Shown here piece by piece: positions 11,240-21,869 of a stretch of DNA of 64,000 nt. Numbering within the stretch: the first letter of the stretch is position 1; each line of letters starts with the position of its first letter. Source of the DNA: Promethearchaeota archaeon (GTDB lineage Archaea; Asgardarchaeota; Lokiarchaeia; Sigyniarchaeales; SOKP01); assembly GCA_048941265.1 (NCBI GenBank), contig JBHLNT010000007.1:1-64000 (forward strand). The letters are read 5' to 3'. The position numbers were made by a program, and so were the translations under genes. The notes under the pieces are model-generated. The model was not told the origin of the DNA. It saw only the letters and a list, made by a program, of their open reading frames with translations, and ran no database searches.

Positions 11240-12946
11240 TTGAAGAGGAATAAGGCTTTTAGTACGGTTATTATTTGTTTTATGATTTTTACTATGATAC
11301 TTAGTATTATCATAATTCCATCTCATAAGCAAGGTAATTATCTTCAGTACAATCTTGATAATAATGAAAATATAACAAAGGAAAAGATACCAAAAACTTC
11401 AAATGGCGATTTAAGTTATTCTGATTTTTCTCAGAATGCTTCAATTATACGTCGCGGGTTTGAATCGATATTTTTTGAAGTAAATGTTTCTGATATACAA
11501 TATGCAAATGAGACTCATTTAGAAATAACATTTACAAATAATTCGATAAAAGAATTTAATATGACCTATGCTCCCGGAACTATGAAAAATTTTACTTACG
11601 AATATAGGCCAAAAGGATATGCTCCACTAGGATTTCAAAGAGTTAGATTTTTAGTATATGATGAAGCAGATGACCTTATAAACACAGAGGCGAACTATCA
11701 TACAAATTTTACAATAAGATCTACTAGTATGGTCAATTTCAATAGTAGTGAATATTATAGAGGTGATGAAGCAGTTGCTGATATAACAATTGACGGATCT
11801 GAGAATTATGACTGGAAAATAGCAATTGTGAATACAACGGACAAATCTCAACAACAAATCCTTGAAGAATTTCAAAATGATCCCTTTCAAATTAATTTTT
11901 CTATAGATGAAAGATTTGATAAATTGGGTTCTCATTATTACGTTGCTGTTAATATGACAGAAGATTCTTCTACTTGGAATGCTGATTATTTTGGTTTTTT
12001 GATTAACAATCTCAACCCTTCAATAAATAATATTAAATTCAATCCAACCTCGGTTTTTAGAGGTCAATTCTGCGCCGTTACATTAAACGCCAGCGATATA
12101 GAAAGTACTGTAAGTGAAGTTGAGATGAAAATTACTGATACATTTGGCCAATCATTATCACTTGCTCATCCATACTTATTTAATAGTCAAGGCAATATCT
12201 TTAAAGGAAACTTTACAATAAGGGCGGGAGGCCCTAAAGGTAATTATATTGTAGAATTTACAGCAAGAGATATTGATGGTGGAGAGACTACTGAAAGTAC
12301 TGGAATATTAGTAAGAAATAATCCTCCAGAGATCAATGGATATGAGATTAATGATATTGATACCAATGAGAGGATTTCTGTTGCTTATGGCGATGATATA
12401 GATTTTAAGTTTGATGTATTTGATGTTGAAGGTATTTCTTATATTACTGTAAAATTAATTATGCAAGATCCGATTAGTGATAAAGAGGATGAATATAAAG
12501 CTTCTGTCGCATATGAGGATGGTACTGAATTAACCATCAGGACTGAAGATTTAACGCCTGGAACATGGACAGTCTATGTTTCTGTTACTGATACTGATGG
12601 GGAAACCACAGACCTAGACAACGACTATAACACTGGACCCCAACAAATTACAGTTGTTCCCGATTTACTTTCAGATATTTTACCTTGGGTTATGCTAGTA
12701 ATTGGTTCCATTATAGGAATAATTACTGGAATTGGTATAGGTTATCATGTAGGTAGATCAAAATATACAAGACCTATAGAAGAAAAAATTTCTCCAACAA
12801 AAAAGCCAAAAAAGGAAATGAGACCTCTAAAAGAAAAAGAAATTCCCACAAAACCAAAACGCATCAAGGAAGAAATAAAAATTGAACCCGAAAAAGAAGC
12901 ACCAAAAAAGCCTACCCCAAAGCGAAAAATTAAAAGAAAATTATAA
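11240..12946 (+). CDS. Surface protein with Ig-like repeats, C-terminal TM and Lys/Pro-rich cytoplasmic tail
   Basis: Signal-like N-terminus; NNxP...F/Y...G.Y.V...A.D.DG repeats; TM with GxxxG motifs; tail ending KKPTPKRKIKRKL. Confidence 0.7.
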   Translation: MKRNKAFSTVIICFMIFTMILSIIIIPSHKQGNYLQYNLDNNENITKEKIPKTSNGDLSYSDFSQNASIIRRGFESIFFEVNVSDIQYANETHLEITFTNNSIKEFNMTYAPGTMKNFTYEYRPKGYAPLGFQRVRFLVYDEADDLINTEANYHTNFTIRSTSMVNFNSSEYYRGDEAVADITIDGSENYDWKIAIVNTTDKSQQQILEEFQNDPFQINFSIDERFDKLGSHYYVAVNMTEDSSTWNADYFGFLINNLNPSINNIKFNPTSVFRGQFCAVTLNASDIESTVSEVEMKITDTFGQSLSLAHPYLFNSQGNIFKGNFTIRAGGPKGNYIVEFTARDIDGGETTESTGILVRNNPPEINGYEINDIDTNERISVAYGDDIDFKFDVFDVEGISYITVKLIMQDPISDKEDEYKASVAYEDGTELTIRTEDLTPGTWTVYVSVTDTDGETTDLDNDYNTGPQQITVVPDLLSDILPWVMLVIGSIIGIITGIGIGYHVGRSKYTRPIEEKISPTKKPKKEMRPLKEKEIPTKPKRIKEEIKIEPEKEAPKKPTPKRKIKRKL

Positions 12947-12988
12947 TAAAGAAAAAAATTATTTTATTTATTTTTTGTTAATTCGATT

Positions 12989-13894
12989 CTATAAACCCAA
13001 AACATCTTTAAGGTGGTATTGGAACTTTCCAAGCTTGCCTCCGTAATTCCCTGCAGAAATTCGATTTAATCCAGGGACCTTAACAGCAGCTTCAATGCCT
13101 AATTTCATAGCTTTTTTAATTGCGTCTTCAGTAGCACCATCTAAAATAACTTCATACACACAATTATCTCCCTCTTTGAGCGTGCTATTTTGAGATTTGT
13201 CTCTTAATGTTGGACAATATGCATCGTTTGTTGAAGCCCCAAGGAAACTATATTTAGACCCAACTTTTGAACCCGATCTTGCTATACCGCCGGGGAATGC
13301 CGCTATAACATCTTCAAGATTTTTAATTACTTCTATTGAAGCTTCAGCAGCTTTTAAGGTGGATTTCTGATCTTTTCCTATTATGAGAAAGTTTCCACCA
13401 GCAATTCCTTTGCCAACTTTCATCATATCCTGACATTTAAAAATCCCATCCATAACTGGAATATTCCATATATTTCCCTCCTTTTCTTCGAATCCGTCGC
13501 CAAAATACCTTAAATTTTCCCCGATTTTTATTTCAAACATCTTTTCTGGCTCAACCGATCCCTTCATCGCATCAAAACATGCTGTAGTAGGGCAGGTTAA
13601 AATACATTGCCCAAGTCGATTCATTACAACATTGCCGACTTTCTTTTTATCCGAAATAAAGAACATCAGAGCTGCCCCCGGTCGCTTATCAGGAGTTTGA
13701 TCAGCTGGTACCATGACATCGATAGCCGCTTCAGCATCACAATGGATTGTTGAAGTACCATATCCAGTTGCTATGTGCCCAGCAATTTTAGCCCAATTCT
13801 CATTTATAGCAGTTACTAACACTCTCGCGAAGAATCCACCGAACGCTTCGCAGAAGGTTTCCTCAATTGGAATTCCATTTAATTCCATTTTCAT
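12989..13894 (-). CDS. ftr: Formylmethanofuran--tetrahydromethanopterin N-formyltransferase
   Basis: IEETFCEAF, TPDKRPG, RLGQCILTCPTT, GIAGGNF, SGSKVGS, ISAGNYGGKLG. Confidence 0.96.
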   Translation of the reverse strand: MKMELNGIPIEETFCEAFGGFFARVLVTAINENWAKIAGHIATGYGTSTIHCDAEAAIDVMVPADQTPDKRPGAALMFFISDKKKVGNVVMNRLGQCILTCPTTACFDAMKGSVEPEKMFEIKIGENLRYFGDGFEEKEGNIWNIPVMDGIFKCQDMMKVGKGIAGGNFLIIGKDQKSTLKAAEASIEVIKNLEDVIAAFPGGIARSGSKVGSKYSFLGASTNDAYCPTLRDKSQNSTLKEGDNCVYEVILDGATEDAIKKAMKLGIEAAVKVPGLNRISAGNYGGKLGKFQYHLKDVLGL

Positions 13895-14051
13895 TCAACT
13901 TTTTTTTAAGATTTTCAGTTATTACTATTTTTAATGATTTCATTTTATATAAAATTTTAAAAAAAAATTAAAAATATTGCAAAATTAAATAGAAGAAATA
14001 AAAATTTTAATTTTTAAATTTAAAAATCAATTAAAAATGGTGAAATGAAAA

Positions 14052-14891
14052 ATGAGTGAAGAAAAAGTCTTAAAAATCGGTATTTTGAAAAATGGAACGA
14101 TTGGTTCATCATTATTACTGGCTTTTTTAATGGATGAACGAGCTGAAGCAACGAGAATTAATGTTAACGAAGTTACATCCGGTGCGAAAATGCATCCCCC
14201 CGAAATGTGCACAGAAACTATGAAAACCTTATTGAAATGGGAACCTGAATTAATTATAATGTCTTCTCCTAATGCTGCTCTTAAAGGTCCTCAAGCTGCA
14301 AGAGATATGGCTGGAAATATTCCGACTATTATTATCTCTGACGCACCAGCAAAAAAAGCAGTAGAAGAGATTACTGAGAAAGGGATGGGATACATTTTAG
14401 TAAACTGCGATTCGATGATAGGGGCGCGAAGACCTTTTTTAGACACGATTGAAATGAGTATTTTTAATGCAGATCTTCTAAAGGTTCTTGCGATAACAGG
14501 AGCACTGAGCGTTATATCTGAGGAATTAAATAAAGTGATAATGGATATGTTAGAGGGTAAAACTCCGTCTTTGCCCAAAATTATTGTAGATGCTACCATA
14601 GCAACCAAGGCAGCTGGTTTTTCTAATCCATATGCCGAAGCTAAAGCGATAGCTGCATTTGAGCTTGCCTCTTCAGTGTCAAGATTAACAGGAAAAGCAT
14701 GTTTTCAACTTAAAGAAAGAGAAGAATATATGCCTTTACTAGCCGCAGCCCATGAAATGATGTCTTATGCAGCTAAAATGTGTGATGAGGCTCGAGGAAT
14801 TGAAAAGTCTAATGATACGGTATTAAGAAGACCCCATCATGCAAAACAACATTTATTAATAAAAAGAAGCCTAATGGAAAAAGAATCATAA
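14052..14891 (+). CDS. mtd: F420-dependent methylene-H4MPT dehydrogenase
   Basis: KIGILKNGTIG, DERA, SGAKM, SPNAALKGP, DSMIGARRPFLD, FSNPYAxAKA, VLRRPH. Confidence 0.95.
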   Translation: MSEEKVLKIGILKNGTIGSSLLLAFLMDERAEATRINVNEVTSGAKMHPPEMCTETMKTLLKWEPELIIMSSPNAALKGPQAARDMAGNIPTIIISDAPAKKAVEEITEKGMGYILVNCDSMIGARRPFLDTIEMSIFNADLLKVLAITGALSVISEELNKVIMDMLEGKTPSLPKIIVDATIATKAAGFSNPYAEAKAIAAFELASSVSRLTGKACFQLKEREEYMPLLAAAHEMMSYAAKMCDEARGIEKSNDTVLRRPHHAKQHLLIKRSLMEKES

Positions 14892-14973
14892 AAATACCAG
14901 AATTTACCTGGTAAATTTTCTTAAATTCTATTTTTTATTTTTTTGAGTTTTTTGATATTCTAACTGATTTTAA

Positions 14974-15933
14974 TTAATATTGCGATTTTGTGATAAATTC
15001 TTTGAGATTATTATAGCTTTCTCCATTCAGCGCATTCATTACCCCTGAAAAAACATCCATTTTTTTATTTTTAGTTACTGCCATTATTACAGCACTCTCA
15101 CTAACCTCCTTAACTAAAACAAAGCAAAGATTTGACTCGAATACTATAGTAGAAAGTGCTAACGGAGAGAAATTTTGCATATTTAATAATTCCATTATTT
15201 TTTGGTATATCATATATAAATTTGAATCTAAGGTTCCCATCTCGAACTTCATAAATTCTAACGGTTTTAAGCTTTCAAATTTACCAAAGGTTGATGAAAT
15301 TAACAGTCCATCTGGTTGGTTAAACAAAAGATATTCTGATAACGTGCTCATTTTTAATTGATCAAGTAAATATCTGATTTTCCCTAATCTTTGCATAGAA
15401 AGAGTTGATTTTTGAATTTCATAATCTAAGATTTCAATTAGTCTATGTTGGGCACTGCCCTCCTTGACAGATACAGGAGTAAATGCGATTTTATATCTAA
15501 TGCTATCAGCTAAATTTGCAGATAGTAACTTAAAAACATCATCTTCTTTTGATTCTGGTAAATCAATTTTATTTAGTAATACATAAACTTTTTCCAAATG
15601 AGGACTAAACTCAAATATATACTCAAGAAATTTATCGAAGACTTCTCTTTCTCTTGGATCTACTACTGCAGAATCAACCATAAAAATTGCAGTTGTAACT
15701 TCCGAAAAGATTAATTCTCGTTGGGAATCCGAAAAATATCTCTCTAAATATCGTTCTTGACCACCTGCATCCCATACATTCAATTCCATAATACCACGGA
15801 AAATAAAATTTTCTCTAGATATGCCTTTAGTTGGTTTTAGATTTGCAACTTTCATGAAATTATATCCTAAACAGGTAGTTCGCATTAAACTAGTTTTACC
15901 AGCATTTTGAGGGCCAAATAATAGAATTTTCAT
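14974..15933 (-). CDS. RagA/Gtr1-like small GTPase with C-terminal roadblock-like domain
   Basis: GPQNAGKTS, PTKG, LNVWDAGGQERYLERYFSDSQRELIF (RagA-like), NKID; C-terminal LFNQPDGLLISS...VLVKEV..AVIMAVT roadblock/longin-like fold. Confidence 0.85.
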   Translation of the reverse strand: MKILLFGPQNAGKTSLMRTTCLGYNFMKVANLKPTKGISRENFIFRGIMELNVWDAGGQERYLERYFSDSQRELIFSEVTTAIFMVDSAVVDPREREVFDKFLEYIFEFSPHLEKVYVLLNKIDLPESKEDDVFKLLSANLADSIRYKIAFTPVSVKEGSAQHRLIEILDYEIQKSTLSMQRLGKIRYLLDQLKMSTLSEYLLFNQPDGLLISSTFGKFESLKPLEFMKFEMGTLDSNLYMIYQKIMELLNMQNFSPLALSTIVFESNLCFVLVKEVSESAVIMAVTKNKKMDVFSGVMNALNGESYNNLKEFITKSQY

Positions 15934-16252
15934 CGTAACTTAACACTAAATAGTTTTTATTCTAAAAATGATTCTAATATATTTTTTATGACTTAATTTT
16001 TATTTAATTTTTTGTAATTATTTAAGATTATTTTATGGTTAATTCATTGTACTTCTCAACTTTAATTGCAAAACCTTTATTTGATTCAGCGATTTAAAAT
16101 TCAGAAAAATTGTTATGGTAAAACAGAATAATACTTGATTTCAATAACTCTAATTTTTCATATATTTAAGATATTTATTAGATATTGGATTTTAAATATA
16201 ATTTTTAATTTACTTAAATTAAAACCAACAACATTAAAATGTTGATTTCAAT

Positions 16253-16780
16253 ATGGATTTATTACAACATATAAGAAATGTACCAAATTGGCCTAAAGAA
16301 GGGATTCAATTTAAAGATATAACTACCTTATGTAAGGTACACGCTCCATTTAAAGAAGCATGTGATAGAATTATAAATCATTTTAAAAATCGGGGAATTA
16401 ATAAAGTTGCAGCAATAGAAGCGAGAGGATATGTTTTTGGTGGAGTTATTGCATACGAATTAGGTGCGGGTTTTATTCTAATTAGAAAGCCAGGAAAACT
16501 ACCATATAAAACAATAAGTGAAACTTATCAACTTGAATATGGTACTGACTCTATACATATGCATATTGATGCTATTGAAAAAGGAGATAAAGTACTCGTA
16601 TTTGATGATTTACTAGCAACAGGTGGTACTGCGAAAGCAGCATGCAGCTTAATAGAAAAATCAGGTGGGATTGTTGAAGGAGTTGCATTTATTATTGAAC
16701 TCACTGGAAGTCTACATGGAAGAGATCAGTTAGAGGGCTATGAAATACTTTCTTTAGTAGAAATTCCAGTAGAAGAATAA
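16253..16780 (+). CDS. apt: Adenine phosphoribosyltransferase
   Basis: WPKEGIQFKDIT, IEARG, RKPGKLP, LEYG, DDLLATGGT. Confidence 0.96.
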   Translation: MDLLQHIRNVPNWPKEGIQFKDITTLCKVHAPFKEACDRIINHFKNRGINKVAAIEARGYVFGGVIAYELGAGFILIRKPGKLPYKTISETYQLEYGTDSIHMHIDAIEKGDKVLVFDDLLATGGTAKAACSLIEKSGGIVEGVAFIIELTGSLHGRDQLEGYEILSLVEIPVEE

Positions 16781-16852
16781 AAATTTTAAAAAAACTAAAA
16801 ATTATAGGTAAAAATTAATCAAATCTTTTTTTTTTCACTTTAAATCTATAGA

Positions 16853-17716
16853 TTATAAAATTGCCCCTTTCAATGAATGATGACAGGCACAGTCTCTCTC
16901 AGTATCAATCTGTGGAATGCTCATTTCAAGTAGCTTCTTAAGGTTTATTGTATTAATTTCCATTGTTTTTAATACCTCTTCAATAGTGACTACTAGCTTT
17001 TGAATAGGACCTCCACATTGTGGACAATTAGCTCCATACTCCACAATTCCACAATTAGAGCAATCAGCAGCCCATACATCAAGATCTGTGACCATTGCTA
17101 TACAGCAATAACAGATTTCTTTTTCTGCTGCAAGAACGACTTCCGGAAATGTTGTCATCCCAATGATATCACCACCCCATAACCTAAACATTTTTGATTC
17201 AGCCCTTGTAGAGAATCTTGGCCCTTCTATACAAACATAAGTACCTCCATTTTGAATCTCTAATTTATTTACTTTTTTCCCATTTTCATATAAAAGATTT
17301 CTTAGATATTCACAATATGGATCTGCTTGGTTTATATGACATACTTGTCCTCTCTCGTAAAAAGTTTCTGATCTTTTTTTAGTTCTATCAATATATTGAT
17401 CAACTAAAATGAATTTCCTTTTATCATGTTCTTTTTTTAGCGAGCCCACTGCTGATGGTGATATGATGTATTTTACTCCTAATTCTTTCATTGCCCAAAT
17501 ATTTGCTCTAAAATTTAAATTATGGGGTGGAATCGTGTGACCAGTTCCATGCCTAGAAAGAAAAGCAACTTTTTTACCATTAAATTCACCTACTTTTAAA
17601 AAATCAGATGTAGCTCCATAGGGAGTATAAATTTTTAGAGTTTCAGCATTTTTTAATTCTATGTCTGATCCAGTTCCACCAATTATACCAATTTCAGCAT
17701 TTCCCTTGAATTTCAT
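16853..17716 (-). CDS. mtnP: Methylthioadenosine/purine nucleoside phosphorylase with zinc-ribbon insertion
   Basis: GIIGGTG, RHG..HTIPPH, EGPRFSTRAES, GMT..PE, TDLD; CxxC-x9-CxxC insert. Confidence 0.9.
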   Translation of the reverse strand: MKFKGNAEIGIIGGTGSDIELKNAETLKIYTPYGATSDFLKVGEFNGKKVAFLSRHGTGHTIPPHNLNFRANIWAMKELGVKYIISPSAVGSLKKEHDKRKFILVDQYIDRTKKRSETFYERGQVCHINQADPYCEYLRNLLYENGKKVNKLEIQNGGTYVCIEGPRFSTRAESKMFRLWGGDIIGMTTFPEVVLAAEKEICYCCIAMVTDLDVWAADCSNCGIVEYGANCPQCGGPIQKLVVTIEEVLKTMEINTINLKKLLEMSIPQIDTERDCACHHSLKGAIL

Positions 17717-17841
17717 AATTAATTCACTAAAAATTTTTCTTTATTAAGAACATTAAAAAAATTAACTCTAAGACAAACTATGTATTCATTTATAAAAAAA
17801 ATAATTTATAAAATTTTTAATATTATAATTCAAGATTCTAA

Positions 17842-18603
17842 ATGGTGAATATTATGGTTAAAATCGGTATAATTGGTGGTTCAGGATTGGATAATCCAGA
17901 TATTTTAAAAGATGCCAAAGATTTAGAAGTTGATACTTCATATGGAAAGCCAACTTCTCCTCTAAAAATCGGAAAAATTCATAATATAGATGTAGTTCTT
18001 ATAGCAAGACATGGAAGAGAACATACAATCCCTCCAACAAATATTAATTATCGGGCTAACATACAAGCATTAAAAGATCAAGGTTGTACTCATATCTTAG
18101 CAACAACAGCTTGTGGTAGTTTAAGAGAAGAAATTGGGAGAGGTGATTTTGTTATACTTGACCAATTTATTGATTTCACTAGACTTAGAAAAGTAAGTTT
18201 TTTTGAAGAGTTTCCTCCTGGAGATGCTAAACACACTGCTATGGCCTATCCTTATTCTGAAGAATTGAGAAAAATCTTTATTGAAACGGCAAAGGAACTA
18301 AACCTCAAATACCATGAAAAAGGGACCGTGGTCACTATTGAGGGACCAAGATTCTCTACAAAAGCAGAATCGGAAATGTTCAGGATATGGGGGGCTGATG
18401 TGATAAATATGAGCATCGCAACCGAAACAATTTTGGCAAATGAAGCTGGTATTCCATACTCAGCTGTAGCTATGTCCACAGATTATGACTGCTGGAAAGA
18501 AGATGAAGCCCCTGTTACTTGGGATGAAATACTAGAAATTTTTGGTAAAAATGTTAGTAATGTTATTGCTTTATTAACTAATGTAATAAAAAAAATACAA
18601 TAA
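17842..18603 (+). CDS. mtnP: Methylthioadenosine phosphorylase (second paralog)
   Basis: IGIIGGSG, ARHGREHTIPP, EGPRFSTKAES, NMS..TE, TDYDCW. Confidence 0.92.
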   Translation: MVNIMVKIGIIGGSGLDNPDILKDAKDLEVDTSYGKPTSPLKIGKIHNIDVVLIARHGREHTIPPTNINYRANIQALKDQGCTHILATTACGSLREEIGRGDFVILDQFIDFTRLRKVSFFEEFPPGDAKHTAMAYPYSEELRKIFIETAKELNLKYHEKGTVVTIEGPRFSTKAESEMFRIWGADVINMSIATETILANEAGIPYSAVAMSTDYDCWKEDEAPVTWDEILEIFGKNVSNVIALLTNVIKKIQ

Positions 18604-18798
18604 TTGTTTGACTCTCCATTAATTTTTCTTTTTTTTTTAAAACTTCAAGAGACACTTGTTTAAAAATTATAATAAACTTTTTCTTTTAAAAAATCAACTA
18701 AAATTTGGTATATTTTATCAAAAAAATTGAAAAAATTGAAATTTTTTCCAAATTTATCTAGTATAAATAGTTCTTTATTTTCATAGAGTCAATAATAA

Positions 18799-20109
18799 AT
18801 GGTAAAAATTACATTTTTAGGTGGATGCAGAGAAGTTGGACGCTCTGCCATCCTAATAGAATCTAATTCAGGGGAAAAATGCATTTTAGATTATGGAGTG
18901 AGATTTAAAGGTAAAACTAGACTTCCACATGATTTTAATAAGGATAATTTAAAAGCAATAGCTCTCACTCATAGTCATATTGATCATTCAGGAGCAATAC
19001 CTTATCTTTATAAAAATTTATCTGTACCACTTTTTACAAATCCAGTGACACTAGCAATAACTAAAGTTCTTGTTAAAGATATGATTAAGATATCAGATTT
19101 TTATTATCCATTTGGATATCAAGAATTAGATAAACTAATAAATAAATCTTATTTCCTTGAAAATGGTCAACGTAAACGAATTAGTGATAGTTTATTCCTT
19201 ACATTTTTTAACGCGGGCCATATTCCCGGAAGTGTTTCAATTTTAGTTGAGGTCGATAATAAGAAGATATTTTATACTGGAGATATAAATACAAAATCAA
19301 CGAACCTAGTTAAGGCCACAAATTTTACAAATTTAAATGAAATTCCCGAAATTGATGTATTAATAGTTGAATCAACATATGCGTTAAGAGATCATCCTCC
19401 TAGAGAAAAATTAGAAAAAGAATTTACGGAAAGAATAATTGATATTACTGAAAATAATGGTAAAGTTTTAGTCCCTGCATTTGGAGTCGCGCGCTCACAA
19501 GAAGCTTTGTTAATTTTACATAAGTATAATTACTATGGAAAAATCTTTGTTGACGGATTAGCAAGAAAAATTTCAAATGTTTTTATGGATTATCCCGAAT
19601 CTTTGAAAAATATCAATTTCTATAAAACGGCTATAAAAAGAGCTAAGTTTATATCAGGGAAAAAGGGTAGAAATCAGGTGAAAAACTCTAATGGTGTAAT
19701 AATTGCCCCTTCAGGAATGTTAAAAGGGGGTGCGGCCATTGATTTTGTAAAATCATTTTTAAACGATCCCGCATCTGCGATTTATTTAGTGGGATATCAA
19801 GTCGAGGGAAGTCCTGGAAGAGTTCTTTTGGACAGTGGTTTTCTTGAATTTAACAGTTATAAGAATAAAGATCAGACATTTAATTTTAAAATTAAAGCTA
19901 AATGTGATTATGATTACTTTGATTTCTCAAGCCATGCTGATGGTAAGCAATTGAAAGAATACGTGAAAAATTTTAAATTTAAAAATGGTTCTAATAATGT
20001 TTTTTGTGTACATGGAGATCCAAGGGCAACCACAACGTTATCTAGTGAATTAGCAAAGAACTCTTACAATTCTATTGCTCCAGAGACAGGTGAAGTCTAT
20101 TACATTTAA
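18799..20109 (+). CDS. MBL-fold beta-CASP ribonuclease (aCPSF2-like)
   Basis: FLGGCREVGRS, THSHIDHSG, AGHIPGS, YTGD, ESTY, GYQVEGSPG, FSSHAD, VHG. Confidence 0.9.
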   Translation: MVKITFLGGCREVGRSAILIESNSGEKCILDYGVRFKGKTRLPHDFNKDNLKAIALTHSHIDHSGAIPYLYKNLSVPLFTNPVTLAITKVLVKDMIKISDFYYPFGYQELDKLINKSYFLENGQRKRISDSLFLTFFNAGHIPGSVSILVEVDNKKIFYTGDINTKSTNLVKATNFTNLNEIPEIDVLIVESTYALRDHPPREKLEKEFTERIIDITENNGKVLVPAFGVARSQEALLILHKYNYYGKIFVDGLARKISNVFMDYPESLKNINFYKTAIKRAKFISGKKGRNQVKNSNGVIIAPSGMLKGGAAIDFVKSFLNDPASAIYLVGYQVEGSPGRVLLDSGFLEFNSYKNKDQTFNFKIKAKCDYDYFDFSSHADGKQLKEYVKNFKFKNGSNNVFCVHGDPRATTTLSSELAKNSYNSIAPETGEVYYI

Positions 20110-20140
20110 TTTAAAATGAGAACTCTAATTATCAATTTCA

Positions 20141-21646
20141 CTATTTAATTTGTTTTTTAATAACTTTATCCAAATTATCTAAATAGACATCTATTTTATC
20201 TATTGGTACTTTAGTTCCCGCAGCAGGAGGGTGGCCTCCTCCTAACGCATCTAAATTTGACATTTCAAGCGCTTCTCTAATCGCATCTGAAAGATTCACA
20301 CCTTTCTTTACTAGTTTCTCATGAGCTCTCCCTGAAATTTTATAAACATCTTCATTTTCCCTTAATGCGCACCCAAACAAAGGTTTATTTTTATCAATAA
20401 TATTACTTTCTCCAAGTATTAACATTGATGACACAGTTCCAACAATATTTTCTGTTATTACATTTTCTCCAAAAAAATATTGGATATTTTTTTTTTGTTG
20501 GATTTTTTCTTCTTTATTTATCCATGAAAGAGCTTCAAGTAAAGATTTCTTATAATTCATTAAACTTTCTTTTGCTTGCTGGAATGAATTTTTTCTATCA
20601 CCCATCGCTATTGCCACACCTAACGAACCATTGTCAGTTCTTCCACAAGCATTTAATAAATTTGAAAATTCTTCAGCATCATGAAGTTCTGCATCATTTT
20701 CACTCGTCAGTAGATACCTATTAACGATTAATTTTTGGATTATTTTATTTGGTTCTATGTTTAATTTAAGAGTAGCATATTCGATAATTGCACTAGTAAG
20801 TTTTTGTTTCTCATCTTTATCTATATCAATTAAGGTTCTTACTTTTCCCTCTGAATCCTCCATTAAAATTCCTAATGTTTTTAGAAATTTTAAAGTTTTA
20901 TTAGCATTATTAGTTAATCCGGGTAATTTTATATCAGAAGAAAATGCAATTGCTTCATTCAATGGTTTTATTGGAGAAAAATTCAAATCATCAATAATCT
21001 CAATTAATCCTGAAGTTTTAGCATCCTCTAAAATTAGAGAATTTATCCCTATAAAAGATTTATTAGGACCTTGATTTTGAATGTCACCGATTGCTCCCAC
21101 AATCGCAACTGATGATAAATCAATATTATTTTCATTTATACTTTTTGCGAAGTAGTAACTTAACCCTGCTCCCGAAATTTCAGTACTTCCATCAATTCCA
21201 TAAAAATATGGATTTATATGCCAAGGACGAGTTTCCATATGAATCTCTTCAATTGCTTTAAACTCGTTCTTATTTGATATTTTTTGAGGTAAATGATGGT
21301 CTAAAATCATAAAATGACCGTTATAACCTCGTAGAAGTAACTCTTTCTGTAATTCTAAATATTGACCGCTCCCAAAATCAGAAAATATTAGAAAGTTGTT
21401 ATATTCACTTTCAGCTATTTTTAATATCTCTTCTTTTTCAAGTTGTCGAAGAATAGTAATTTGAAAAGGGATATTTTCTCTGAAAAGCGCTTTACCGAGA
21501 ATTGCCCCAGCAGCTAGACCATCAGAATCTAAATGTGTATAAATATGAATCGCAGAATTATTTTTTTTAAAATGCTTTAAAAAATATTCTTTAACATTAT
21601 GAATATCTTGGATAAATACTTCAAAATTGTCAATTATGTTATTCAT
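20141..21646 (-). CDS. recJ: RecJ-like DHH nuclease (GAN/Cdc45 family)
   Basis: HLDSDG, FSDFGSG, LDHH, GAIGD, LLNACGR, KISGR, GGGHPPAAG. Confidence 0.9.
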   Translation of the reverse strand: MNNIIDNFEVFIQDIHNVKEYFLKHFKKNNSAIHIYTHLDSDGLAAGAILGKALFRENIPFQITILRQLEKEEILKIAESEYNNFLIFSDFGSGQYLELQKELLLRGYNGHFMILDHHLPQKISNKNEFKAIEEIHMETRPWHINPYFYGIDGSTEISGAGLSYYFAKSINENNIDLSSVAIVGAIGDIQNQGPNKSFIGINSLILEDAKTSGLIEIIDDLNFSPIKPLNEAIAFSSDIKLPGLTNNANKTLKFLKTLGILMEDSEGKVRTLIDIDKDEKQKLTSAIIEYATLKLNIEPNKIIQKLIVNRYLLTSENDAELHDAEEFSNLLNACGRTDNGSLGVAIAMGDRKNSFQQAKESLMNYKKSLLEALSWINKEEKIQQKKNIQYFFGENVITENIVGTVSSMLILGESNIIDKNKPLFGCALRENEDVYKISGRAHEKLVKKGVNLSDAIREALEMSNLDALGGGHPPAAGTKVPIDKIDVYLDNLDKVIKKQIK

Positions 21647-21869
21647 TTCTTTAAATTTGCAAATTATTATAATAATGAATGAGATTTATTCTTAAATATG
21701 AAAATAATTATAAATACTCAATCAAAAGTTATGATATAATAAAAATATAAGAATGCATAAAATAATAAAATTAAATTTTCCTATCTCAAACATTTTTAAA
21801 TCAATTATCGGTAAAAAGGAAAATATTAATAATAATTGCAACTAAAACATTATAAAAAGTAATATTGAG

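Noticed and set aside
14891-14920. Palindrome AATTTACC-T-GGTAAATT between mtd and the Rag-like gene
   Set aside because: Single copy between convergent genes next to T-tracts; probably terminator-related and too weak to call.
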